Shown: positions 38,660-48,988, numbered from the stretch's first letter. The stretch: 64,000 nt of DNA from Nannocystales bacterium (GCA_050633305.1 JBOEGF010000004.1:160001-224000); one strand, 5' to 3'. Notes: generated from the sequence alone by a model not told the origin. A program made the numbers and translations.

Positions 38660-39709
38660 TCAGACGAAGCGTACGCCCGCGTCACCCTCGGAGGCGACGA
38701 CGCGCCCCATGCGGACCGCGCTCTCGCCGGCCCCTTCGAGGGCAGAGATCACCGTATCCGCGGCATCAGGGGCCGTGAACAGCATCATACCGATGCCACT
38801 GTTGAAGGTCCGCAGCATCTCCGTGGACGTCACACCTTGGGCCGAAATCGCCTCGAAGACCGGCATCGGGGGAATCGCCGACGTGTCGATCTCGACGGTG
38901 GTGCCCTCGGGGAGAGCGCGGGGCGGGTTCTCGAGCAGTCCGCCGCCGGTGATGTGCGCCGCTGCCGAGACACCGCCGACGGAGAGCGCGGCGGCGATCG
39001 CTTTGACGTAGACGCGGGTCGGCGTGAGGAGCACGTCGGCCACCGAGGACTCCGTTCCAGGGAAGGTGTCCCCGAGGTTCAACCCGCCGAACTCGGGGTC
39101 GAGCAAGGCGCGGCGGGCGAGGCTGTAGCCGTTGCTGTGTAGGCCCGACGAAAGCACGCCGATGGCGACGTCGCCGGGCTGAACGTTCGTGGGATTGAGG
39201 CGTGCGTCTTTGTCGACCACGCCGACTGCGAACGCCGCGAGGTCGTAGTGGCCCTCGCTATACATCCCCGGAAGCTCGGCGGTCTCCCCCCCGAGCAGCG
39301 CGCAGCCGCTCTGTCTGCAGCCATCGACGATGCCCGCGACGATCGACTCCACGATGCCGGGCTGCAACGCCCCGGTTGCGATGTAGTCGAGCAGGAAGAG
39401 CGGACGGGCCCCGGTGCAGATCAGATCGTTGACGTTCATCGCGACCAGGTCGATGCCAACGGTGTCGTGAACGCCCGCCGCGATTGCGACGAGAAGCTTG
39501 GTCCCCACACCGTCGGCACACGAGACCAGCACCGGTGTCTTCATGCCCGTGGGCAGGCCGATCATGCCGGCGAAACCACCGATGTCGTCGAGTTGCTCGG
39601 GCCGGCGTGTCGATGCGACCAGCGAGCGGATCCGGCGGACCGCTTCGTTGCCTGCGTCGATGTCCACGCCAGCGTCGCGGTACGACAGGGACTTGGGTGT
39701 GTCCGCCAT
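38660..39709 (-). CDS. purM: Phosphoribosylformylglycinamidine cyclo-ligase
   Basis: YRDAGVDI, DGVGTKL, GIDLVAMNVND, GGETAELP, SSGLHSNGYSL, HITGGG, TFNSGIG. Confidence 0.97.
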   Translation of the reverse strand: MADTPKSLSYRDAGVDIDAGNEAVRRIRSLVASTRRPEQLDDIGGFAGMIGLPTGMKTPVLVSCADGVGTKLLVAIAAGVHDTVGIDLVAMNVNDLICTGARPLFLLDYIATGALQPGIVESIVAGIVDGCRQSGCALLGGETAELPGMYSEGHYDLAAFAVGVVDKDARLNPTNVQPGDVAIGVLSSGLHSNGYSLARRALLDPEFGGLNLGDTFPGTESSVADVLLTPTRVYVKAIAAALSVGGVSAAAHITGGGLLENPPRALPEGTTVEIDTSAIPPMPVFEAISAQGVTSTEMLRTFNSGIGMMLFTAPDAADTVISALEGAGESAVRMGRVVASEGDAGVRFV

Positions 39710-39839
39710 ATCCGGTCCCCTACCAAACCCCGGCGCGCCCTGTCGACGGATACCCGGTGACAGGCTCGCGGGGGCTGCGCGAGAGGCCTCGCACGCGTGG
39801 GGATGGCCCCCGGCGCCGCAGGGGTGGTAAGACCCGCTC

Positions 39840-40733
39840 ATGGCGTGGTGGCGGCGCAAGAAGCAGCAGCTCGAGACCCAAACCCCGGAGGAGAAAGTCT
39901 CCGTGCCCAAGGGCGTGTGGTCCAAGTGCGAAGCGTGTGGAGAGATCACGTACACGGAGGAACTGATCGCGAACCTCCGAGTCTGTCCGGTCTGCGGTCA
40001 CCACGCGCCGATGCCGACGGCGGAGCGCATCGCGTCCATGCTGGACGAGGGATCGTGGGAAGAGCACGACCTCGACCTCCGCTCCGGTGACCCGCTGACC
40101 TTCACCGATCAAAAGCCGTACGTGGCCCGGCTTGAAAAGGCGCTCCGTACTGCCGGTCCTCGCGACGCGTTCCGGTCCGGCCTCGGATCGATCGAGGGCA
40201 TCCCGGTCAGCGCCGGATTCTTCGCTTTCGAGTTCATGGGCGGATCGATGGGGTCCGTGGTGGGCGAGAAGTGCACCCGCGTGTTCGAACGGGCGCTGGA
40301 ACTGCATCGGCCCGCGCTGGTGTTCTCCGCATCGGGGGGCGCGCGCATGCAAGAGGGCGTGTTGTCATTGATGCAGATGGCGAAGACTTCGGCGGCTCGC
40401 GGACGGCTGCGCGAGGCGGGTCTGCCGTACATCTCGGTCGTCCTGCACCCGACGACGGGCGGGGTCGCGGCCAGCTTCGCGACGCTGGGTGACCTGATTA
40501 TCGCGGAACCGAAGGCGCTTGTGGGCTTCGCCGGGCCACGGGTCATCATGCAGACCATCGGCCAGGAGTTGCCCAAGGGCTTCCAGCGCGCCGAGTTCCT
40601 GCTCGAGCACGGCATGGTTGACCGCATCGTGAGTCGACTCGAGATGCGGGAGCAGCTGGGGCTGATGCTGGCGCTGTTGGGCACCAAACCCAAGCCCAAG
40701 CCCAACAGCAAGCAGCCCGCCGCGCAGCAGTGA
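39840..40733 (+). CDS. accD: Acetyl-CoA carboxylase carboxyltransferase beta subunit
   Basis: WSKCEAC..VCPVCGHH zinc finger, FMGGSMGSVVGEK, SGGARMQEG, PTTGGV, FAGPRV, FQRAEFL. Confidence 0.97.
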   Translation: MAWWRRKKQQLETQTPEEKVSVPKGVWSKCEACGEITYTEELIANLRVCPVCGHHAPMPTAERIASMLDEGSWEEHDLDLRSGDPLTFTDQKPYVARLEKALRTAGPRDAFRSGLGSIEGIPVSAGFFAFEFMGGSMGSVVGEKCTRVFERALELHRPALVFSASGGARMQEGVLSLMQMAKTSAARGRLREAGLPYISVVLHPTTGGVAASFATLGDLIIAEPKALVGFAGPRVIMQTIGQELPKGFQRAEFLLEHGMVDRIVSRLEMREQLGLMLALLGTKPKPKPNSKQPAAQQ

Positions 40734-40737
40734 GACG

Positions 40738-41913
40738 ATGACCTACGAGGCGCTGTTTGCCCGCCGAACGCTCGGCGTACGGCCGGGCCTGGTGGCGGTC
40801 CGTGGGGTCTTTGAAACACTGGGATCGCCCGGGGGCTCGATCCCCGCGATTCACGTGGTGGGGACCAACGGCAAGGGATCCATCGCCGCGATGGCGGAGC
40901 ACGCCCTGCGCCAGCGAGGACATCGGACCGGGTTGTTCACGAGCCCCCATCTGCAACGGGTCACCGAGCGGGTTCGGGTCGACGGGCTCGAAGTCGACGA
41001 CACGGTTCTCGAGGCGGCGATCGGCTCGGTGCTGTCCGTCGAGGGGGACCCGTCCGAGCGAGGGCGGCCGTTGTCGTTCTTCGAGTTGCTCACCATCGCG
41101 GCGCTCATCGTGTTCGAGCAGTCCGGGGTTGATGTTCTGATCGTCGAGGCCGGTCTTGGCGGGCGGCTGGACAGTACCCGTGTGATCGATGCGCAGGCTG
41201 TCGCGGTCGGCCGCATCGACCTCGACCATCAGGCGTACCTCGGCGACACGCTTGTGGAGATCGCGGCCGAAAAGGCCGGGGTGTTCCGCGATCGAGTACC
41301 GGTCTACTCGGTTCCGCAACACGACCCCGTGTGGACGGTGCTCGAACGGGCATCGTGGGACGCGCCATGTCCTCTCCGGCTCCCCGAGCCCATCGCCGCT
41401 CCGTTGCCGGGCGAACACCAACGCTACAACGCCGGTGTCGCCCTCGCTGCCGCTCAACACCTCGACCGCAGCGTCACACCCGAAGACATCGACGGCACCG
41501 CCTGGCCGGCGCGGATGGAACGGCGGGCGGTCGGCAACGGCGAGTGGATTTTGGACGTCGCCCACAACCCCGCATCGATGGAGGCCTTGGCCACCGTCCT
41601 GCGCGGGCTGCCGCTGGCGAAGACACTGGTCATCGTGAGCTGCTCCGCCGACAAGGACGCGGCAGCGATGGCGACAGCCCTGGGCGGGGTCGGCGAGTGC
41701 TGGACCATCACCGATGACGAGCTCGGGCTGTGCCCGCTCCCCGGCGCCCGGATGTTCGAGTCGCTCGCCCATCCCGGCCTCGAAGCCTCGCTCCACGAGC
41801 ACGTGGAGGAGGGAGGGCGGGTGGTCATCTGTGGGTCTCACCGTCTCGTCGGCGCTGTGATGGGACGCTGGCTGGCCGACGGTGGCCCCCCGGATCCGAG
41901 CGACCCGCGCTGA
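40738..41913 (+). CDS. folC: Folylpolyglutamate synthase/dihydrofolate synthase
   Basis: HVVGTNGKGS, FTSPHL, EAGLGGRLDST, DHQAYLG, LDVAHNP; follows accD. Confidence 0.93.
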   Translation: MTYEALFARRTLGVRPGLVAVRGVFETLGSPGGSIPAIHVVGTNGKGSIAAMAEHALRQRGHRTGLFTSPHLQRVTERVRVDGLEVDDTVLEAAIGSVLSVEGDPSERGRPLSFFELLTIAALIVFEQSGVDVLIVEAGLGGRLDSTRVIDAQAVAVGRIDLDHQAYLGDTLVEIAAEKAGVFRDRVPVYSVPQHDPVWTVLERASWDAPCPLRLPEPIAAPLPGEHQRYNAGVALAAAQHLDRSVTPEDIDGTAWPARMERRAVGNGEWILDVAHNPASMEALATVLRGLPLAKTLVIVSCSADKDAAAMATALGGVGECWTITDDELGLCPLPGARMFESLAHPGLEASLHEHVEEGGRVVICGSHRLVGAVMGRWLADGGPPDPSDPR

Positions 41914-42018
41914 GCTGCGGCGCGTCCCAGGCTCGCTGCGCCTCCATCGACGGCGGATGTTCAGCCCCTGCGCGTCGTGGTTTTGGTCGGGACGCGCAGC
42001 GGTCGATACAATGTCGTC

Positions 42019-42810
42019 ATGCTGCGTGGAACTCGGGTCTGGACCTACTTGACTCGCGCAAGCGGTTTTGCCGCGGCGTGGGGGCTCGCAATCTCGTGGG
42101 CCCAGGCGGCTCCACCACCGGGACCGCCTCCGGCGTCCGCGACCAAAGACGCAGCGCCTTCGCCGACCCGACGTGCCAGCCCCCCGCCACCTCCCGGATC
42201 ACGCCCCGCCGACGAAGCGGTGAGCGTGCCCCAAAACGAGGATCAGGAGCAGGTCGACCTGGCGAACACGTGGGGCTACTCGAAGACTCGCACCCCGCGT
42301 CCCCGATACGTCCGCAACACCCAGGACCCGATCGTCTACGCGCCGAACCCGGTCGGCTTCTACTCGGGCGTCTCGGTGCAGGGAAACCAGACGCCGCCAC
42401 ACCCGGCGAAGGCGGTGGGCAGCGGCCCGACCACGCTGACGTGGGCGGGGTTTGAGCGCACCTCGAACGGCTCACGGGTGTTCTTCCAGTTGAGCAACGA
42501 GGCCGACTACACGCTCAAACAGAAAAACGGCGTGATCACCATTCGGCTGCGTCGGACCCGAGTGAATGTCCGCAACAACTTGCGTCGACTCGATCTCAGC
42601 TACTTCAAAACGCCGGTGAAGACGGTCAAGGTCCGACGGAAGGGCCGGGACGCGGTGGCCACGGTGAGCCTCAAGACGGACGCGACTCCGGATGTGTCTT
42701 TCGTGGACAGTGGCGGGTCCGGCTACAAGCTTCTTGTCCTGACATTCACGCACGCCAGTGGTGCGGCGCAGGCTCCGGTGCGGACCAACGCTGCCCCCGC
42801 GAGCGAGTAG
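42019..42810 (+). CDS. Exported protein with AMIN-like domain
   Basis: Signal peptide, Pro-rich linker, SRVFFQL..YT....ITI.L...NNLRRLDLSYF.TPV. Confidence 0.6.
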   Translation: MLRGTRVWTYLTRASGFAAAWGLAISWAQAAPPPGPPPASATKDAAPSPTRRASPPPPPGSRPADEAVSVPQNEDQEQVDLANTWGYSKTRTPRPRYVRNTQDPIVYAPNPVGFYSGVSVQGNQTPPHPAKAVGSGPTTLTWAGFERTSNGSRVFFQLSNEADYTLKQKNGVITIRLRRTRVNVRNNLRRLDLSYFKTPVKTVKVRRKGRDAVATVSLKTDATPDVSFVDSGGSGYKLLVLTFTHASGAAQAPVRTNAAPASE

Positions 42811-42816
42811 TCGCGG

Positions 42817-43425
42817 CTAGGCTTGTGGCCCACGGTCTCGGGCCAGCCGCCAGCCGGCGATCCCTAGGGCTGTCACGCCCGCAGCGGCACCGACGACGGG
42901 GAGACCGAGCATCGCTGCGCTCGCCGCAACGCCGAGGGCGACGCCGGTCCACCGCGAGCGAAACGCCCGTCCGATGCGGTTGTGTCGAGCGAGCCCAGCG
43001 AGGACGACCGCGAGCTGGGCTTCTTCGTCAGGCGGCAGAGGCTTCGCTTGAAGTTTGGCCGGCAAGTGCCTGTGATTCTGCCACAAAAGTCGGGTGGCAA
43101 TCCCGTGAAGACGGTGGATCTCGGCGCCCGGCGTCGACGCCGTATCCAGCAGAACCGGGAGGGCGTGGGTGCGGATGCCAGGGCTGTAAACCCGTGCGCG
43201 GCTGAGCGCGGTGACGGCTTCGGCGAGGAGCGCTCGGGCCTGCTCGGCTCGGCGCCACTTGTCCCCTTGGTCGTCATCGCCCTCTCCGGCGAGCGCGAGG
43301 AGAGCCATGCTCAGCGCGTCGCTGGCGCGGCCAAGGTGGGCATCGGCTCGAGCCTCCAAGGCATCGGACGCGCGGTACGCGTTATGCGGACCGAGCAAGA
43401 CCGGGAGATTTCGAGCCGCAGACAT
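42817..43425 (-). CDS. Hypothetical protein with C-terminal hydrophobic segment
   Basis: Helical Ala/Leu-rich ORF filling the gap; C-terminal TM. Confidence 0.6.
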   Translation of the reverse strand: MSAARNLPVLLGPHNAYRASDALEARADAHLGRASDALSMALLALAGEGDDDQGDKWRRAEQARALLAEAVTALSRARVYSPGIRTHALPVLLDTASTPGAEIHRLHGIATRLLWQNHRHLPAKLQAKPLPPDEEAQLAVVLAGLARHNRIGRAFRSRWTGVALGVAASAAMLGLPVVGAAAGVTALGIAGWRLARDRGPQA

Positions 43426-43506
43426 CAGAACACCGAATCGGGGGGACCCCTCTGTCAAGACGCACGGCCCTGCGGATCCTTTCACCCCTACCTTCAACGT
43501 AAGGCA

Positions 43507-43590
43507 CTCGGTGTGCTGGTGCCACTGTGTCCCGCGACGGGGCCACGGAAGACCCGTCGTGGCCGAAACGGTTCAGCACCAGCCGTCGGG
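43507..43590 (+). other. Long imperfect intergenic hairpin, possibly an ncRNA
   Basis: Nested stems 43507-13/43584-90, 43515-22/43576-83, 43524-28/43568-72 and 43532-41/43553-62; five G-U pairs on the + strand. Confidence 0.45.
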
Positions 43591-43599
43591 CCCGTATGC

Positions 43600-44517
43600 T
43601 TAGTCGTTTTTTGGCAGTCGCTCAAGGCGCTTGGCGTCTTGCCACCAGGCCTCGAGTTGCTCCAGCGACACGCTTCCCGGGGCATGGCCCGCGTCGTGTC
43701 CGGATCGCATCACGTGGTCGAACCGGCGAGCGAACTTTTCGTTCGCGCCGCGGAGCGCGTCCTCGGCGTCGAGGTCGAGCTTCTGCCCAAGCCGGACGAG
43801 GACGAACAACAGATCTCCATATTCGTCGCGCAGGGCGGCCACGTCGTCGGCAGCTCGCGCTTCTTCAAACTCGGCCCACTCCTCCTGGAACTTGTCGAGC
43901 GCACCCTGCACATCTGGCCAATCGAAGCCGAGCGCGGCGGCTTTCTCCTGCATGCGGCGAGCTCGGGCGAGCGCGGGCAAGGCGACGGGGATGGAGGCCA
44001 GTGGCTGCGGATGTGCGGGCTTGTCGGTTTGCGTGTCGCCTGACTGCCGTCGCTCGGCGGCCTTGATGCGCTCCCATTGAGCCTCGACGTCGGCGGCGGT
44101 CACTTTGGCTCGCCCTTCACCATCGCGAGCTCCAAACACATGCGGGTGCCGACGCAACATCTTGTCTCGGATCCCGGCGATGACGTCCTCGAGGTCGAAC
44201 GCGCCTTCCCGTTCCCGCAGGGCGCTTTGGAAGACGATCTGGAACAGGAGGTCCCCGAGTTCCGCCCGATGGGCGAGGGGGTCGTCCATCGACTCCAGTA
44301 CTTCGTACGTCTCCTCGACCAGGTAGTGCTTCAGGCTCGCGAGGGTCTGTTCACGGTCCCAGGGGCAGCCGTCCTCGGCGAGCAGCCGGTCCATGACTGC
44401 CCGCAGACCGGGCAGTCCCTCGGGCAATCCAAGTGTACGGAAGTCGGGGACTCGGAGGTCGCCGAGCTCGTCCGGATCGGGCTTCGACTCGGGAGAGGGG
44501 TCTGCAGGGTCCACCAC
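43600..44517 (-). CDS. mazG: Nucleoside triphosphate pyrophosphohydrolase
   Basis: GCPWDREQT, EETYE, ELGDLLFQ, RRHPHVF, GFDW, EYGDLLF, KFARRF. Confidence 0.96.
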   Translation of the reverse strand: MVDPADPSPESKPDPDELGDLRVPDFRTLGLPEGLPGLRAVMDRLLAEDGCPWDREQTLASLKHYLVEETYEVLESMDDPLAHRAELGDLLFQIVFQSALREREGAFDLEDVIAGIRDKMLRRHPHVFGARDGEGRAKVTAADVEAQWERIKAAERRQSGDTQTDKPAHPQPLASIPVALPALARARRMQEKAAALGFDWPDVQGALDKFQEEWAEFEEARAADDVAALRDEYGDLLFVLVRLGQKLDLDAEDALRGANEKFARRFDHVMRSGHDAGHAPGSVSLEQLEAWWQDAKRLERLPKND

Positions 44518-44585
44518 GCGTGCTACCGTCCTTAGCGCATCCCCTTACCACGTCCCGTGTTCTCCGGGGCGCAGCCGAGCCCGCG

Positions 44586-45605
44586 TTGACCGAACCTACC
44601 AAGCTCATTTTCGAAGATCGCGAACCCCTCCAGCTCATGCTGCAGGCGGTTGGCCGCCACAAGACCCTGCTGGAAAAGGAGACGGGGACCTCGGTTCACG
44701 TTCGCGGCAACGTCGTCACGGTCGACGGCGAGCCCGACGGCATGGAACTCGTCGCGCGGCTTCTCAAGCAGCTCTACTCGCTCGCGCAGCAGGGCTCGCC
44801 CGTCGACCCGAGTGACGTTCCCAGGGCGTTGGCGGTGCTCACCGACAACGGCGAGTCGAGGCTGGAGGCGGTCTTCGACGACACGGTCGTGGTCAAGCAG
44901 AGCGACGGGAAGACCATTGTCCCGCGCTCGCTCGCGCAGAAGCGATACGTCGAGTACATGCGCCGTCACACCCTGACGTTCGGCGTGGGGCCTGCCGGTA
45001 CAGGAAAGACGTTCTTGGCGATGGCGATGGCTGCGCGGGCCCTGATGGATCGCCAGTGCCGGCGAATCATCCTCTCCCGCCCGGCGATGGAGGCCGGCGA
45101 AAAGCTTGGGTTCCTCCCAGGCACGCTGGAGGAGAAGATCTCGCCATATCTGCGGCCCCTGTACGACGCGCTCCACGACATGTTCCCGGTCGAGAAGGTC
45201 GCCCAGATGATGGAGCACGAGGTCATCGAGATCGCACCGCTCGCCTACATGCGCGGCCGAACGCTCAACGACGCCTTCGTCGTGCTCGATGAGGCCCAGA
45301 ACACCACGCGGGAGCAGATGAAGATGTTCCTCACCCGGTTGGGCACCAACACCAAGGTCGTTGTGACCGGGGATCCGACCCAGCTCGATTTGCCCAACGG
45401 GGCGCGCTCCGGCTTGGCCCACTCGCTCCGTTTGCTGCGGGGCGTCTCTGGCGTCGCGGTGTGCTCGTTTACCTCCGAGGACGTCATGCGCCACCCGCTG
45501 GTCAAGGCGATCATCGAGGCGTACGACTCGGATGCGAAATCTCGGGCTGCGGCCCGTGCTGCCGCCGCCGCCGCTGAGACCGAGGACGAGACCCCTGCCA
45601 GCTAG
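44586..45605 (+). CDS. phoH: PhoH family protein
   Basis: [53 protein letters not shown]. Confidence 0.96.
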   Translation: MTEPTKLIFEDREPLQLMLQAVGRHKTLLEKETGTSVHVRGNVVTVDGEPDGMELVARLLKQLYSLAQQGSPVDPSDVPRALAVLTDNGESRLEAVFDDTVVVKQSDGKTIVPRSLAQKRYVEYMRRHTLTFGVGPAGTGKTFLAMAMAARALMDRQCRRIILSRPAMEAGEKLGFLPGTLEEKISPYLRPLYDALHDMFPVEKVAQMMEHEVIEIAPLAYMRGRTLNDAFVVLDEAQNTTREQMKMFLTRLGTNTKVVVTGDPTQLDLPNGARSGLAHSLRLLRGVSGVAVCSFTSEDVMRHPLVKAIIEAYDSDAKSRAAARAAAAAAETEDETPAS

Positions 45606-45692
45606 GCGCCGTCCGGAGGCCGGGACCGGGCAATCTCGTCGGCGCTCTCGCGGACTTGCGAGCTCCCTGCACGGCGGTCGCGGCCCGATCCC

Positions 45693-46634
45693 GTGGCCGT
45701 CGGGTCCGCGGACGTGCCCCGTTTCGAGCCTCCGCTCAGCGCGGGAGGCAGTGATCCGGCCCATGCGTCGACTCCGCGTTCTGAGACGTGGACCGTTTCT
45801 TCGGTGGGCCAGGTTCAGGGAGGGCCCCACAGACTGGACATGGGAGCCGCTCATGCCTTGCCGCCGGACGCCACCGACTCGCCTCTGGCCGATCAGGCGT
45901 CACGGCAGCGCGAGGTCGCGGGCTTGCGGGAGACCGTGAACGCGCTGCGAGACCCCGCGGGCGCGGTCCGACTGGCGGTTCAGCTGCTGGCAGGTCCCCT
46001 CCGCTCGGCGATTCGAGAGTCTTCACCCGAGGAGGCCGCACGGGTTTGCGAGGTGCTGGGGGCGCTCGAGACTGCGACCGCCGAGTTGACACGGTTGCTG
46101 GCGCCGCTGGGCCCGTTATCCGCCACCCCGGCCGCCGACGTGATCCCGCTGCCGGGGGCGTCCGTGGGCCCCGATGCGCTGGTCGCTGCAGTCCGCCAGG
46201 GCGTCCGGCAGCGTTGCCAGCTTCCGTTTACGGTGGAGACATCCGTGGAGGCGGGCGCACAGCCAGCCGCGGAGGCTGGCGATCTGCAGGTCGCCTTGGT
46301 GGGCCTCGTCGAGAACGCGGTCGAATCCATGGCGAGGCGTCGCCCCGGCGATGCTCCATGGACGGTCGAGCTCCGAGTCTCCATGGCTCTGGCCGAGGAG
46401 CTGGGGGAGGAGATGCACGTGGTCTTCGAGGTCCGCGACCGAGGCGACGGTTTGCCTCCCGGAGTTCTCCGGTGGCTCGAGGATCCGAGCAGTGCGGTGA
46501 CGGAGTCCGCTCCCTCGGGCCCGGGCATGAGCCTGCAACTGGCGCGCCGGGTCGCGGAAGGATGCGGCGGACGTCTCGTCGCAACGCGCGTCGCTGGCGG
46601 CACGCGGATGCAGCTGCGGGTGCCGCATCGCTGA
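45693..46634 (+). CDS. Histidine kinase-like protein (HATPase_c) with degenerate H-box
   Basis: VNALRDPAGAV (H-box without His), LVENA N-box, VRDRGDGLP G1, GPGMSL G2. Start uncertain (45693 or 45840). Confidence 0.75.
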   Translation: MAVGSADVPRFEPPLSAGGSDPAHASTPRSETWTVSSVGQVQGGPHRLDMGAAHALPPDATDSPLADQASRQREVAGLRETVNALRDPAGAVRLAVQLLAGPLRSAIRESSPEEAARVCEVLGALETATAELTRLLAPLGPLSATPAADVIPLPGASVGPDALVAAVRQGVRQRCQLPFTVETSVEAGAQPAAEAGDLQVALVGLVENAVESMARRRPGDAPWTVELRVSMALAEELGEEMHVVFEVRDRGDGLPPGVLRWLEDPSSAVTESAPSGPGMSLQLARRVAEGCGGRLVATRVAGGTRMQLRVPHR

Positions 46635-46645
46635 GCCCGCGCGGT

Positions 46646-48496
46646 ATGCTGCCGCGCTTGTCCGAAGCACTCGAACTCGCCGGTTTCGCGGCAGTCCGGC
46701 GCTGGCTCCTTGGCCGCGACGGCGAGCCTGTGTTGGGCCGGGTGTCTCTGGACACCGGGGGCAACGTGGTGATCCAGCGGCCGCGGGCCACCGTCGTGTT
46801 GATGCCACCGGGCGCGGAAGTCCCCAGCCGCTTTGACGTGTTGCTCCTTGCGGGTCCATCCAACATTCTGGCCGATGCCATCGTCGAGATGGACACACCG
46901 CGGATGCAGCTGATGTCGCTGCCGACGCTGCCCGTCGTCGCCGACAAGGTCGTGCGGGAGGCCCTGCGGATGGCGGAGGCCGTCACCGGAGCGCGGGTCG
47001 CCGACCAGTTGGTGGAGATCGGGACCGCGCTGTCGACCGAGCGAGACCCCAGCCGCGTCCTCGAACTCATCCTGCAGCATGGACGGACGATCGCGCGGGC
47101 GGATGCGGGATCGATCTTCGTTGTGGAAGACGGCGGTACCCGCCTGCGGTTCTCGGCCGCCCACAACGACTCGGTCGAGATCGACTTCTCGACGTTCACG
47201 ATGCCGGTCTCCGAGACATCGATCGTGGGCACCGCGGTGTTGTCGGCGCGAACAGTTCGGGTGGGTGACCTCTACGCGGACGGGGCCGCGGAAACCCACG
47301 ACCGCCACTTCGTCCACGACAGGACGCTCGATCGGAGCTTGGGCTATCAGACCCGGTCCATGCTCACCACGCCGGTGATCACCCCGGAGGGCCGGGTGCT
47401 CGCGGTGTTGCAGCTGATCAACGCGCGGGAGGACGGCGTTGGCCCGCTGCGCACTGACGCAGACTTCGAGCAGCGGGTCCGGCCGTTTACGTCCGAGGAC
47501 GAGCGTCTTTGCACGGCGCTGGCGAGTCAGGCCGCGGTCGCCCTGGAAAACGCCCAGCTCATCGCGGACATCGAGGCGCTGTTCGAGGGGTTCGTGCGGG
47601 CGAGCGTGCACGCGATCGAGCAGCGCGATCCTACGACGAGCGGCCACTCACAACGGGTGGCCGAGCTGACGGTGGGGCTGGCCAAGGTCGCCGACCGGGC
47701 CGACACCCCTCCATTCGCGGACACCCGATTCGACGCGGATGCGCTCCGAGAGATCGAGTACGCCGGGCTGCTGCACGACTTCGGCAAGGTCGGCGTTCGC
47801 GAGAAGGTGTTGGTCAAGGCGAAGAAACTCTATCCGGACCGATTGGCCCTGGTGCGCGAGCGCTTCGCCCACATGAAAACGGCCCTGCAGCGTGATGTGT
47901 TGCAAGCGCGACTGCGAGGCGAGGATCCTTCAGCCTTCGACGCCCGCGTCGCGGCGGTCGCCCACGCCTGGGCGCTGGTCGAGCGCTCCAATGAGCCGAC
48001 GGTGTTGGCTGAGGAAGCCTCTTCGGAGCTTCGGGGTCTGCTCGACCTCTCGTTCTTGGATGCCGACGAGGCGCTCGTCCAGGTGCTCGAACCTGTGGAT
48101 GTGGATGCGCTTCAAGTCGCGCGGGGTTCGCTGACCCCCGCGGAGCGACGCGAAATCGAGGACCACGTGCAGCACACCTATGACTTCTTGGTCCGGATCC
48201 CGTGGACCCAAGGTCTCTCCCGGATCCCGGAGATCGCAGCCAAGCATCACGAGTACCTCGACGGCAGTGGGTATCCGGAGGAACTGCTCGCGTCGAAGAT
48301 CCCGTTGCAGGCCCGCATGATGACCGTTGCCGATATTTACGATGCCCTGACCGCATCGGATCGGCCGTACAAGCAAGCCGTGCCGCGGGACCGGGCGCTG
48401 GACATCCTGCGGACCGAGGTCGGGCGAGGCAAGGTCGACGGCGCCGTCCTGGACCTGTTCATCGGTGCCAAGCTCTGGCAAACCATAGAGACGTGA
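46646..48496 (+). CDS. GAF domain + HD-GYP phosphodiesterase
   Basis: ADAGSIF..YQTRSML.TP..VLQLIN (GAF); TSGHSQRV, LLHDFGK, HHEYLDGSGYP, ADIYDALT..RPYK. Confidence 0.93.
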   Translation: MLPRLSEALELAGFAAVRRWLLGRDGEPVLGRVSLDTGGNVVIQRPRATVVLMPPGAEVPSRFDVLLLAGPSNILADAIVEMDTPRMQLMSLPTLPVVADKVVREALRMAEAVTGARVADQLVEIGTALSTERDPSRVLELILQHGRTIARADAGSIFVVEDGGTRLRFSAAHNDSVEIDFSTFTMPVSETSIVGTAVLSARTVRVGDLYADGAAETHDRHFVHDRTLDRSLGYQTRSMLTTPVITPEGRVLAVLQLINAREDGVGPLRTDADFEQRVRPFTSEDERLCTALASQAAVALENAQLIADIEALFEGFVRASVHAIEQRDPTTSGHSQRVAELTVGLAKVADRADTPPFADTRFDADALREIEYAGLLHDFGKVGVREKVLVKAKKLYPDRLALVRERFAHMKTALQRDVLQARLRGEDPSAFDARVAAVAHAWALVERSNEPTVLAEEASSELRGLLDLSFLDADEALVQVLEPVDVDALQVARGSLTPAERREIEDHVQHTYDFLVRIPWTQGLSRIPEIAAKHHEYLDGSGYPEELLASKIPLQARMMTVADIYDALTASDRPYKQAVPRDRALDILRTEVGRGKVDGAVLDLFIGAKLWQTIET

Positions 48497-48969
48497 AGGT
48501 TCTCCTCCAGGTCGCCGCCCCCCTGCGTATGGCCGTTCCACGCTCGCTGCGTCGGACGCTGGTTCGGAAGCTCGCGGCGGCGGGTCGCCGGGTAGGGGTG
48601 GGCACGGATGCGACGCTCACCCTTCGAATCACAACCGATGAGGAGGTCGCCGAACTCCACGAGGAGTTCATGGGGCTGCCGGGGCCCACCGATGTGATGA
48701 GCTTCCCCGCCGACTCGGAGATCGACTGGGACACCGGCAGTTTGGGGGACGTCGTGATCGGCTGGCCGTTTGCGGTTCGTCAGTCGGCCAGCCGAGGGCA
48801 GGGTCCCGGCGCATGGGAGGCCGAGTTGATCGATCTCTCGCTGCATGGCCTCGCCCACTTGCTGGGCCACGATCACGGCTCGCGGTACGAGGCGCGAAGC
48901 ATGCTTCGGTTCGAGAGACGGCTGGCCCGCCGCGCTGCGATGCCACCGCCGCAGCGCCCATACGCCTGA
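48493..48969 (+). CDS. ybeY: rRNA maturation endoribonuclease
   Basis: PTDVMSFP, LGDVVI, HGLAHLLGHDH; GTGA overlap. Confidence 0.92.
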   Translation: MKVLLQVAAPLRMAVPRSLRRTLVRKLAAAGRRVGVGTDATLTLRITTDEEVAELHEEFMGLPGPTDVMSFPADSEIDWDTGSLGDVVIGWPFAVRQSASRGQGPGAWEAELIDLSLHGLAHLLGHDHGSRYEARSMLRFERRLARRAAMPPPQRPYA

Positions 48970-48988
48970 GTCCCGCCCTCAGGCTGGT

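Noticed and set aside
39715..39790. Hairpin in the purM leader as a purine or ZTP riboswitch
   Set aside because: No recognisable conserved aptamer nucleotides; the short divergent intergenic region is GC-rich
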